This document shows positions 13,355 through 24,608 of a stretch of DNA of 64,000 bases, piece by piece. The position numbers and the translations under genes were made by a program. Under the pieces are notes generated by a model, which was not told where the DNA came from, did not search any database, and was given only the letters and a program-made list of their open reading frames with translations. Origin of the DNA: Chiloscyllium plagiosum. Taxonomy: Eukaryota. How positions within the stretch are numbered: position 1 is the first letter of the stretch; each line of letters begins with the position of its first letter. The DNA lies in the NCBI RefSeq assembly GCF_004010195.1, contig NC_057718.1, forward strand, positions 74,157,604 through 74,221,603. Direction: 5' to 3'.

Positions 13355-16300
13355 GTATGTTTTCGTATTTTGGCTTGAGTTTTCCTTACTCCTAAAGTGT
13401 CTCCTACTTATAATTCATGTGCTACCTGCAGCACCTTCTTTCTATAACCCACTGGCAATGCAACTTGATAAACTTCTGCCCATTTCTCATCTGCCTGAAT
13501 GTGATAGTTTCCATTTCTTCATGAAGACATCATTTTTAAGATAGCAATATCTTGGAATACACTCAGATTTTTCTTCTGTGAGCGCTTTTTGATACAATTG
13601 CTTCAGTTTTTCAGCTTTCTATTGTAACTCTGTTACTTTCTCTAATCTAAAAACATTCGCTTTGTCCTCCACCTGTTCTTGTTTTTTTCTCAACCATTTA
13701 ATTAAACATGGTCTCTGATAATTGTACTTCAACCCCCTCATCTTTATTCTTTGATTTCTCCTCCTGCTTCAATGTTTGGTTTTGTGACTTTGTTATCATG
13801 CAGTCAGAGAAAATCCTGTACTATCTCAGTTGCCTGATTTTCCACAGTAGGCAGCAGTCCTGCTTGTGATCCAGCTATATCATTACCAAGGACAAATTGT
13901 ATTCCTGGAGCTGAGAGTTCTTCCAGTGCTTCTACCATCACTTTTCCACTTTTCGTCGGACATTCCAACCTCACTTTACATAATGGATTATTTCTCGTCT
14001 CACCATGAGTCCACAGTTTACCACATTTTCTGGCAATTGTCCTTCTGAATGACATATCTACTCATCTCTCAACATCAAAGATTGACATGCTCCTGTATCT
14101 CTCAAAATTGTAATTTCTTGAACTACTCCTCCTGGCATATGTGAGTAAACCTTACCTTTGAAAGTAAATGGTTTAAGATGTTCTGGCACTTTCTTCTCAA
14201 CCAAACTCTGACCAGGTTATATGTTCTGGTGCAACTTTTTAGCTTCTACTGTGCTTCCATTTTACTGCTTCGACAAAATTCACTGGCTTTATTCTGTTTT
14301 CCCATATCCATCTTCCCAGTGCTTTTTCTAAATCACCAATATGTGGCTTCCTTTATTGCAGTGAAAACACCTGAGCTATTTTACTTCTCTTTCCTCTTCA
14401 TGAATTTCCTTCTTTCCCTGTGGTAAACTATCTTTATTATCTTCAATGAGATCTACCTTTCCCTTACTACCTGAGGATTTCTCTTTTCCCCAATTTCTAT
14501 CCTTCACAGGTTGAAATTGATGTCGGAAGCCAAACTTTGATTTATGAACCAACTCATAATCATCAGCCATTTCAGCTGCTAATCTTGCTGTTTTAACCCT
14601 CTGCTCTTCCACATGAGTTCTCACTACTTCAGGAAGTGATTTTTTGAATGCTGCCAAAATAATCATCTCTCTAAGAGTGTCATATGTTTGACCTATCTTC
14701 AATGCCCTTATCCACTTATCAAAATTACTTTATTTGATCCTTTCGAACTCAAGGTATGTTTGACCAGGATCCTCCTTAGATTCCTAAAACATTGTCTGTA
14801 GGCTTCTGATATATTTCATAAGCAATTAAGATGGCTTTCTTCACCTCCTCATACTCCACAGCCACCTCCTCTGACAGTGATGTAAATACCTCACTATCTC
14901 TACCTACAAGTTTTGTTTGGATCATCAGCCACTTCATTTGTTTAGCCACTTTTTCAAATGAGGTGAAAAAGGCTTCTACACCCCTCTCATCAAATTTAGG
15001 CAATGTTTGGATATATTTAAACAAATCCCCATCAGGCCTTTGGTTTGCTTGTCATCACTATCCTCCCACGAAGTCTATCTTCACCTCCATCCTTTGACTC
15101 AACTCTCCCTCTAATTTCCAGCTTCCAAAGTTCAAATTCTTGCTTTTCCTCTGCTTTTAACATAATTTAAATTGTTTCATTTTCATTTCATGTTCAAACT
15201 GCTTCACATGCAACTGAATTCTAGCCATTTCCAAACATTCCGATGGCACTTTCAGCAAATTTGTCTGTGGAGCTATTGCTGCAATTACCTCCCCTTTTCT
15301 CACGGACAAAGGCAACCTCAACTCCAGCTTGTCCGCCAATTCCAACAGCTTTGCCTTGCACACTTTTTGTAAAATTCTCAAAGTCACTTCTTCCACCCCC
15401 AGAAAGGTGTTAGTGACTGAAAAGAGCCATCACTACACAAGACACACCCGGTTTAAACCAACTGAGTTCAATATCCAAAACAGAAGACACTAAAATTATC
15501 ACCTCCAACAATCCTAAACTCAAATTAGAATTTTAGATTTTGATCCAGGAGAAGCCACCAAATTGCTATGGAGCAGAGCAGACCCCCTTAAAATATTTTA
15601 AGAAGGTAGCTTAGACCTAACTCTTTCTTATTTTAAAGGTAGATGAGAAGTACATGTTCCAGATGTGATGAAACTGGTCAAACTATTCAACATTAAGCCA
15701 AATACAATTTATTTAAAACCCAATACAATTTACGGGTGGCAAGGTGGCACAGTGGTTAGCACTGCTGCCTCACAGCGACAGAAATCTGGGTTCAATTCCT
15801 GCCTTAGGCAACTGTCTGTGTGGAGTTTGCACATTCTCCCCATGTCTGTGTGGGTTTCCTCCAGGTGCTCTGGTTTCCTCCCACAGTCCAAAGATGTGCA
15901 GGTTAGGTGAATTGACCGTGCTAAATTGCCTGTAGTGTTAGGTGAAGGGGTAAATGTATGGGATGGGTCTGGGTGGGTTGCTCTTTGAAGGGTCGGTGTG
16001 GACTTGTTGGACCAAAGGGCCTGTTTCCACACTGTAAGTAATCTAATCTAAACTTTATAGTTAAATGCAAACAAAAGTAAGAGGAATTTAGAATAACGTA
16101 ACTATTGAAAAACTTAACCGAATAACAGGTACAGTATCTACTACTAATTAGCTGTTCCAATATAGTAACATCCCATAAACACACCCTTTAGTAAAAAGGT
16201 AGATTCAGTCACAGCTTCTTGCATCCAGTTCTCCAATCCAGGAGGAAACAGTATCAAAAGAGATTTCAGAGAAACTAGCAGCTAGGAATCATTTACTGAA

Positions 16301-16516
16301 GCTTCCCACTCTTCTGGGACCCCAGACAGCTTCTAACAGCTACAGCTTGAAAATACAATGTCCAAAAGCCCAGTCTGTGAGAACTGACCACTCCCCTTCC
16401 ATTGTTAAACTGTTCAAAAAACTTACCCCCTAGACTCTTCAGCACCTTTACCTTTACAACCTCTCTTCAATAAACCTAGGACAAAGTAACCTTTTTAAAG
16501 TGACAGTATCGTCATG
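13355..16516 (-). mobile_element. Truncated Gypsy LTR retrotransposon, Gmr1-like (5' LTR, PBS, gag, protease, integrase N-terminus)
   Basis: LTR ~15564-16516; PBS TGGTGGCTTCTCCTGGAT (15543-15560) resembling tRNA-Pro; gag PKFDE..VEAFFTSFEKVA, EYEEVKKAIL, SLPEVVRTHV..AAEMADDY; knuckle remnant CFHCNKGSH; protease ILRDTGACQSL..VLGNDIAG; integrase start LPVGYRKKVLQVAHEL*VGDTLGVRKT; stops and frameshifts present. Confidence 0.85.
15734..16051 (+). mobile_element. HE1 SINE inserted in the Gypsy LTR
   Basis: Full HE1 head, central domain and tail. Confidence 0.9.
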
Positions 16517-17159
16517 CCATGAAGCATGATAACATTGGTTAGTCAACTGAAAAGGATTTCAGGGGTGCCACATACAGTTGTGGTCCATTGAAGAAAGAAA
16601 GAATCTCTTCAATTTGCCTTGTTAATGATGACCATACTCATGAAATCTAGCACTCTTAAAGTACTCTTTGTGCATAAAGAACAAATTGTGGAAGCATGTA
16701 GTTACCTTGTCCAACACTGGTACAGAGAGTGGTGTATATGCTAATTGTTACATGGAACTGGCTTTGTTTTATCATCAATTTAAAGTGAAATTTATCTTTT
16801 TTATTTGAACTATTGTCTAACTGTTAATTCATGTGCAATTTTGATTGTGGTTCATGCTGAAATGAAAGCTACAAGACTTTTTGGATAACCACTTCTTTTG
16901 AGGGTCATTCAGTAAAATTGTTATTGTTGGTTTAGTTTCCTTATATAGATAGTAACAGTTAAGCTATAGCTTGCTTAATATTTGGGGCAATGCTCCCAAT
17001 GTTAGCAGAAGAGCAAGTTGACACAAGAATAAGAGTTCTCTGCATCATTGTTGTTTTCGATTCTTAGGCTCATACTGGGTTCCCATTCCGGGTTTTATTC
17101 TTTTTTTGACTTTTATGCAGTGGTTTGGTACAACAGTGTGGTTGGTCTGGTTGTTTGAT

Positions 17160-18603
17160 ATTAGATTAGAGTGTGGAAACAGGCCCTTCGGCCCAACAAG
17201 TCCACACCGACGCGTAACCCACCCATACCCCTACATTTACCCCTTACCTAACACTACGGGCAATTTAGCATGGCCGGTGAGTCTCACTTCTGTTGTGGGC
17301 AAAGTCTTAGAGAGAATTGTAAGGGATAGGATTTATGCACATCTGGATAGGAATAATGTGATCAAGGATAGTCAGCATGGTTTTGTGAAGGGCAGGTCGT
17401 GCCTCACAAACCTTATTGAATTCTTTGAAAAGGTGACGAAGGAGGTTGATGAGGGGAAAGCGGTAGATGTGGTATATATGGATTTTAGTAAGGCGTTTGA
17501 TAAGGTTCCCCATGGTAGGCTACTGCAGAAAATACGGAGATATGGCATTGAGGGTGAGTTGGAGGTTTGGATTAGAAATGGGCTGGATGGAAGAAGACAG
17601 AGGGTAGTAGTTGATGGCAAAGTTTCTTCATGGAGTGCCGTCACTAGCGGTGTTCCACAAGGATCTCTTTTGGGACCATTGCTGTTTGTCATTTTTATAA
17701 ATGACCTGGAAGAGGGGTTAGAAGGTTGGGTAAGCAAGTTTGCGGATGATACGAAAGTCGAAGGAGTTGTTGACAGTGAGGAAGGATGTGGCAGGTTACA
17801 GCAGGATATAGAGAAGCTGCAGAGCTGGGCAGAAAGGTGGCAAATGGAATACAATGTAGCTAAGTGTGAGGTGACTCACTTTGGGAAGAATAACAAAAAG
17901 ATGGGGTACTGGGCTAATGATCGGATACTTGGTAGTGTGGATGAGCAGAGGGATCTTGGTGTCCATGTACACAGATCTCTGAAAGTTGCCACCCAGGTAA
18001 ATACTGCGGTGAGGAAGGCATATGGCGTACTGGCTTTTATTGGTAGAGGAATTGAGTTCCGGAGTACTGAGGTCATGATGCAGTTGTATAAGACTCTGGT
18101 ACGACCGCATCTGGAATATTGTGTGCAGTTTTGGTCGCCCCTTTTTCCGCGTATGGAGTCGGGTATTACAAGAGGGCATAGCTATAAATTAAGGTGGGGG
18201 GGGTAGATATAGGACTGAAGTTGGGGTAGGTTCTTCACTCAGCGAGTCGTCAGTTCATGGAATGCCTTGCCAGTAGCAGTGGTGGACTCTCCCTCTTTAT
18301 GGGCATTTAAGCGGGCATTGGATAGGTATATGGAGGATAGTGGGTTAGTATAGGTTAGGTGGGCTTGGATCGGCGCAACATCGAGGGCCAAAGGGCCTGT
18401 ACTGCGCTGTATTGTTCTATGTTCTATATTAATTCACCTGATCTGCACATCTTTGGACTGTGGGAGGAAACCGGAGCACCCGGAGGAAACCCACGCAGAC
18501 ACGGGGAGAATGTGCAATCTCCACACAGTGAGTCACCTGAGGCGGGAATTGAACCCGGGTCTCTGGCGCTGTGAGGCAGCAGTGCTGTACCACCGTGCCG
18601 CCC
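17160..18603 (-). mobile_element. HE1 SINE split into 17160-17275 and 18431-18603 by a CR1 insertion
   Basis: The two halves rejoin as caatttagcatggcc|aattcacctg, the continuous HE1 sequence seen in other copies here. Confidence 0.9.
17272..18430 (+). mobile_element. Young 5'-truncated CR1 LINE with open RT core
   Basis: Uninterrupted PVSLTSVVGK..QHGFVKGRSCLTNL..YMDFSKAFDKVPH..GVPQGSLLGPLLF..SKFADDTK..YKTLVRPHLEYCVQFWSP; tail tgttctatgttcta. Confidence 0.93.
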
Positions 18604-20233
18604 ACATTCACATTGTATAGGTTTAGAGTCACACATAGGGCTAACTGGATGAGGATGGCAGATTTCTTTCCCTCAAGAATATTTGTACACCAGTTATATT
18701 TTTATGACATACAGTGATGGTCATTTAGGCCTATCATAACTGACATGAGCTCTCAATTCCAGATTGCTCAATTGAATGTAAATTCCATAACCTACTGTCA
18801 TGGGATTTGAATGCATATTCTGAAGATAATTATCCAGAGCTGTCAGATCAAGTAGTCTGGTGACATCACTAGAAACTCAGCATTTGAGGCCTAATTGTGT
18901 TGAACTGATTGACTTGCTTGGCCGTTGCCGAGGCTAGTTAAGAGGCAACCACATTGCTATGAGGCTGGACTCACATCTAGGCCAGACCAGATATGAATGG
19001 AAACCTTCCTTTTCCCCAGTGGTATTGGATGTTGCTGTACTAAGAAATCCCTGCAGTGATGACTAGGCTGATTTGTTTCCAATCAGTTACAAGCATAATG
19101 ACATGCAAATGTATGTGTAGTCATCTGCCTCCTCCAACATGCTCTGCCAATCAATACGTTAACAGCTGAACATTTACATCAGCTCCATTTCCCAGCCCTA
19201 TCCCAACTTCCTTTGTGTGAATAAGGTCAAATTGTGCTGGAGAATATCAGCAGCAAACTATGACTCTAGCTATTGGACAATTTTCCTCTTGAACTGCACT
19301 GGAGTTTAATGATGACTCACAAATGTCATGGTCAGTCACTCTCACTGCATCTCTGGAATTTAGTTCTTCTATGTTTGAAACACGGCCATATGAGATCAGA
19401 AATGATTGGTCATGGTACAATCCAAACTGAGCGGTTCTAGTGCTACAATGGTAACATTCCTCCCCGTGCAGGAGCCCTCAGTTCAAGTCCCACCTTATTT
19501 AGAAGTGTGTCATAACATCTATGAACAGATTGAGAAGAAAATATCTACAACCCAAACTGAGCATTAGTGAATAGGTTATTGATCAGTGTCACATGTTAAC
19601 ACATCTGAATTAGGAGCAAACCTATGGCATTTGGCACCTCAAGCTTGTTTGACATTCAGTAAAATCACAGCTAGTGATTGTTAGAGATTTAGAATTAGGT
19701 TTATTGTCACGTATACTCAAGTAACAAAAGAACAGGAGCAGATTGAGAAGGGTACAATGTCGACAACAAGGCACCATCTTAGGTACAAAATATGCAGGTA
19801 CATAGCTTAAGGACAAAAATAAAGAGAAAATAAAGAAAACAGTTATGCTATTTATATCTGTAATATAGAGTAAATATGAATTAGGAAAATAAGAAATAAA
19901 GGTATAAAGATAGATATGGTCTGACCGGGTGCCACCGATTCCCAACCGGCATCCATCTTCACTCTAGGCCTGCTGGCCACCTTCCCCACTCTGCTCTGGA
20001 CTAACTGGCTGTGCTCACTCTCCTCTGGGCTTGTTGGCCACTGTTTGCCATTTCCAGGTTGCTGTGTGCCGCCACTCCACTCTGGGCCCACTGGCCGCTG
20101 CTGCTGCTTTGCTCTGGGCTGTCGGTCACACTCCCCCTACTCTGCTCCAGGCCACTGGCCACCCTCTCATCACTCGGGGCTGCTGGCAGAAGAGGAAAAG
20201 CCGGAAGAGAAAAAAGGAAAAAAGGAGTGATAG

Positions 20234-20676
20234 GGGTGTCACGGTGGCTCAGTGATTAGCACTGTTGCCTCACAGCACCAAGGTCTCAGGTTCGATTCCA
20301 ACCTCAGGTGATTGTCTGTGTGGAGTTTGCACATTCTCCCCGTGCCTGCGTGGGTTTCCTCCGGGTGCTCCGGTTTCCTCCCACAGTCCAAAGATGTGCA
20401 GGTCAGGTGAATTGGCCATGCTTAATTTGTCAATTAAGTGCATTAGTCAGAGGGAAAAGGGGTTTGGGTGGGTTACTCTTCGCAGGGTCTGTGTAGACTT
20501 GTTGAAGGACCTGTTTCCACACTGTATTAGATTAGATTAGATTAGATTACAGTGTGGAAACAGGCCCTTCGGCCCAACAAGTCCACACCGACCCGCCGAA
20601 GCGAAACCCACCCATACCCCTACATTTACCCCTTACCTAACACTACGGTCAATTTAGTAGTGCCACCGTGCCGCCC
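20234..20676. mobile_element. Two HE1 SINEs tail-to-tail (+ copy 20234-20526; internally deleted - copy 20527-20676)
   Basis: + head, central domain and tail, then (TAGAT)n, the reverse-complement tail, and only the first ~17 nt of the head (gccaccgtgccgccc). Confidence 0.88.
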
Positions 20677-21307
20677 ATGGGACTCTAAGGAGTGGTCAGA
20701 GCAGATGACCTACTCTACCACCATCTTGAATCATCCACATTCCTTGTTAAGCTTTCTATTAAGCAAGGAATGGGAGTCATAGGTTATCAGGGCTAAATGG
20801 GAATATGGATATGAGGTTATCATCAGAATGCTATGATTTTATTAAATGGCAGAGCAGCCTCCAGAAGTGAATGCCTCGCTCCTATTCCTTGTTTGTATGT
20901 TTTTCTCCTTAACTCCATAACCTTTGACTCCCTTGTTAGAATCTATGCATCTGTGTTTTAAGAATATTCAATAACTGTGTCCACTGCTCTCTGTGGAAGG
21001 GAATTTGAAAGACTCACAACCATCAGAGGAAAAAAAATCCTCTTCATTTCAATACCATTGATGACTCCTTACAACACAGTGATTGGAAATCAGTTGATAG
21101 CACAATGCTTAGCTAAGTGGGAATTGCCTTGGCTTTTGTGACAGGATACATGTGGGCCATTTTAACTTTGTTAAGTAGATACCAGTGTTTTAGCTTAGTC
21201 AGAGGTACAGAGGTACAGATCCTGGAGTCAAGGCACTTCTGGTTGTCGAGAGGGTCCCAAACAATTCAGCCTTGTCATCTGATTGCACAACTGTCACTGA
21301 GGAGAGT

Positions 21308-21526
21308 CATGATTTGGAGACACCGGTGTGGACTGGGGTGGACAAAATTAAAAATCACACAACACCAAGTTATAGTCCAACATGTTTAATTGGAGCGCGG
21401 CTCCTTCATGAGGTGGTTGTGCCTGATGAACCATACAACCACCTGATGAAGGAACAGCTCTCCGAAAGCTAGTGCTTCCAATTAAACCTGTTGGACTATA
21501 ACCTGGTGTTGTGTGATTTTTAACTT
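21308..21526. mobile_element. Fold-back PLE family A mini-element with 16-bp TSD
   Basis: Inverted arms ~21342-21420 and 21435-21529; TSD tgtcactgaggagagt at 21292-21307 and 21527-21542; hammerhead core on + at 21440-21474. Confidence 0.85.
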
Positions 21527-22741
21527 TGTCACTGAGGAGAGTGATACTCATGGAGCCTGCATTTCTATCAGTTGTTTAATTGTCTCCAGTCATGACTGGA
21601 TGCAAAAAAGCTGCAGAACATTGATTTGATCCATTAGATGTGGAATTGCTTAGTTCTATCACATTCTGCTTCAGCTATTTAGCATGCATGTTGTCCTGTC
21701 ACAGAGTTGACAGTTCATTTTCAAGTATAGCTGCTTTTCCTGATGGTTCACTGGGTGTCAGATATGCAATTTTGAGTTGACAGATTGTTAAATGAGATTA
21801 GTTCAGAATTAGAGAACTGGTGCCACAAATTGGAACACGTTCTAAGATGGAGAATGGAACTTGGTTCTCACAAGGACAATGAGGTGGTTACATTTGTCAG
21901 TCATGGACAGATGTCTTTGAAACTGGCTCTTACTATTGTGTCCTTTAATGCAAAGCCAGTTCCATCAGTCTCCCTCCTCAAATCTCTTAGAAGTGGTGTC
22001 CAACACAGACTCATCAGGTGAGAATGGATTAGAATAAAAAGGCAATATCAGTGTTTTGCTGCTGTGACACAACACTGATTTGAAACAGAGAAGATTAATC
22101 TTTTCAGTATACAATATCTGTTGAAACGTGGATTGCTGTGAACTGTCAAGAATAATTTCTGTTTCATTCATGAAACTTCATAGTTTGGAATCAATGTTGA
22201 GCTGGCCATTAGTTTGCAGGATGTTACCTAAAGAGTTGAATAAATTTCTTAAGTTATCATCACATGATCGTTGTGTCTCCAATAGTCTCACCACAATTCT
22301 TGTCTGACACACTGCTTTCCTGCACTGACTAGAAAGTGCATTGAATTCATGATTCTTGACTGTCATATAGGCATTTCCTACCCAACTTATCCTAGAACAT
22401 TGCCAACAAGAATGCTGAGTCCAAGGACATTTTAGAATTTTAAGATATAAATTATCCCAAATATTGGCTAATCATTGGCCTCAGGGCAATTTATAGAGTA
22501 TTGCCCACTTAGAATTGGATGTAGAATTCCTAATCCTATTTCTATACACGGGAACAGATAGTAATTTCTTATAGTTTTATCTAGTATGAGCATCCAAATT
22601 CCATGAGGAGAAAATTCCATGTACTTCCCTCAATGTTTACATGGTCATTTATATACATTTTGAATAGCTTAAAAATGCATTTCCTTTGCAACATTAAAAG
22701 TTGAAGAAACCCAACCACTCAATATTAAGCAATTAAACATC

Positions 22742-22747
22742 TTTATT
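22742..22747 (-). terminator. Probable NT5E polyadenylation signal
   Basis: AATAAA on the minus strand ~850 nt after the stop, followed by a GT-rich tract (gagtggttgggtttcttc). Confidence 0.55.
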
Positions 22748-23054
22748 CAAAATTCAATTAGATCAGTGCACGAATCAATCAGAACTCAAATCTTAAGCCA
22801 ATGCACTACATAGTTTCAATCTCTTGAGCAAAGCTATGGGCGATCAAACCCTTCATCATAAAATTATCTTAAAATTAAAGTGTTCTGATTTCAAAATAAA
22901 CATTCATAGATTTGTGCAACAAATGAATTAAGAACTCCAGATTCCATAATTTCTTATGGAAATACACAATTTGAGGTACTGCTATCAGTTTATAGGACTG
23001 TACATATAATGAGTACAGTATTAGTCTTGTTTCCATGATTCAGAAATAGCCCTT

Positions 23055-23395
23055 AAGTCAGTCGTTATGGGTTAAAATTCCACTTCAGAATGTTGGATAC
23101 AATGCCTGGCTATTGTTCTAATACAGGAAGTGATTCACTGTGGGAGATGCTGTCTTTACAACAGGACCTTGAGCAGAGGCTCATCCATGGATATGGATGA
23201 CTCTTAGAGAAATTTGTTGCCCTGCCAAATATTTATTCTTCAGACAAGAAATACAAACATATTTTCTGGTAATTTGTCTCATTACTGTTTGTGGGAGACC
23301 CTCTGTGCAAACTAGCTGCCATGTTTTCAACATTACAACATGGCTGAACTTTATCAATGGGAAAGCATTTTAGGATATACTGATGCTGCGTTAGG
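23055..23395 (+). mobile_element. Ancient Deu-domain SINE (SacSINE1/AmnSINE1-like) in the NT5E 3' UTR region
   Basis: Recognisable blocks actgtgggagatgctgtcttt, gccaaatatttatt, cattactgtttgtgggag..gctgccatgtttt..cattacaaca. Confidence 0.6.
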
Positions 23396-23596
23396 CATCA
23401 CTCGTTGGTTGCACTGTGCAGCTACAGCTAGAAACTCAGTTATCTCTTCAGTGAGCAGGTGGTCTGAAAATCAACTTATCAATATTTTAAATAGAAAGTA
23501 TGATTAACATCTCCTGGCAAATGCAAATTACAACAAAACAACATCTTTAGGAAAGGAATTAGTTATTTCACTGAACAAGTTAACTTATTATAATCA

Positions 23597-23766
23597 TCAA
23601 AAATGGAATAAGAATGCAAAAATTGAGACAGAAAGCAATCCAATTTTCATATTAATGTATAACTGTGAGCCACTGTTTTCAATAAATGATATTCTTCCAT
23701 CAACTCCAGGATAAACCCGTTGCATTAGCTTGATGTAGTTTGAAATCACTGAAATATCTGTATCAC
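23597..23766 (-). CDS. NT5E: NT5E exon 9 coding part (terminal exon, GPI-anchor signal)
   Basis: gttctag|GT GAT ACA...CAT TTT TGA TGA; (G)DTDISVISNYIKLMQRVYPGVDGRISFIENSGSQLYINMKIGLLSVSIFAFLFHF*; small-residue NSGS followed by a hydrophobic tail. Confidence 0.94.
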
Positions 23767-24407
23767 CTAGAACAGCAAAATAAACACTTATTAAAATAAC
23801 ATTTCATATATATATTGGCAGAGACCATAAAATCTGCAATGAAATTATAAATCTTATTGCAACTTTACTTCTTTAAATATCCATCCAGTGCCATTCCATG
23901 CTCTTGTGTCTTCCTTCTAAGCCATATTCATCCTATTGCTTTCATCTCCACTCCAAAGATCCTCATTCTATCCCTTGCTCTAACCTCTCTTCTGTTTCTA
24001 TCTCTGTCATCCCATACCTCCCATACTACAGTCCCCTTCCATGCTGCAACCCCCTTTGCTGATCTCCCCATCCCATTCCCCCCAAACCATGCCATTTCCC
24101 ACTTCAATTTGTACCTCTTCCCATTCCACCAGTTCCCTCCAGCCATGCAGACTTTGTTGTTGGACTCCCCTTACTTTCTACTTTTGTTTCCCTCCACCAA
24201 CTCTGTCCCAAACCACTGACACCATCACCAACCACTTGAAGCTACATGCTCTCCAAATGCATCAGTTGTCTGCACGCCCATGTGCGCCAGCCCTGTTCAC
24301 CAAACTAACTCACTGGCAATCAGAAGTGTGGACAGATTAAACTTGTGTATTGTGGATTGGTGATTAATGGCTGGTGGTTTGAACATCATGTGAAAATGCG
24401 TGTTTAC

Positions 24408-24608
24408 CGGTGTCATGTTTCAGCTTTTCATTCTTCAACATGGTGAATCCATCTCCACCGTCAGCGATGTAAGAGTTGACAACAATTTTGTAAATTTTGG
24501 AGTCTTCGAGCGGCTCATAGTGTGGCACGCGGCACTCTGAGCAGAGAACATCTAGTCTGACCACCCTGTGTCCTGGCTTTCTACTCAGGTCAAATTCTAT
24601 GTGGACTC
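24408..24608 (-). CDS. NT5E: NT5E exon 8
   Basis: ttcttag|GA GTC CAC...ACC G|gtaaac; 201 bp; (G)VHIEFDLSRKPGHRVVRLDVLCSECRVPHYEPLEDSKIYKIVVNSYIADGGDGFTMLKNEKLKHDT. Confidence 0.96.

Noticed and set aside
21308..21526. DNA-transposon MITE interpretation of the palindromes
   Set aside because: TSDs are long and variable (9-16 bp), arms are asymmetric, and the same termini occur on longer elements (for family B, ones encoding GIY-YIG), which fits PLE retrotransposition
21980..22024. Possible plus-strand micro-exon (ctcttag...CAG gtgaga)
   Set aside because: Splice-like motifs only, with no recognisable peptide or partner exons
1..22700. 3' exons of SNX14, the tail-to-tail neighbour of NT5E in mammals
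   Set aside because: No SNX14 C-terminal peptide was recognised. Acceptor-like sites at ~893 (ESHTVATSCRN*) and ~1544 (ELKMQTDVL*) have no convincing similarity
23857..24340. ORFs in the pyrimidine-rich part of intron 8 (similar tract at 29590-29800)
   Set aside because: Compositional bias lacking stop codons; no protein motif
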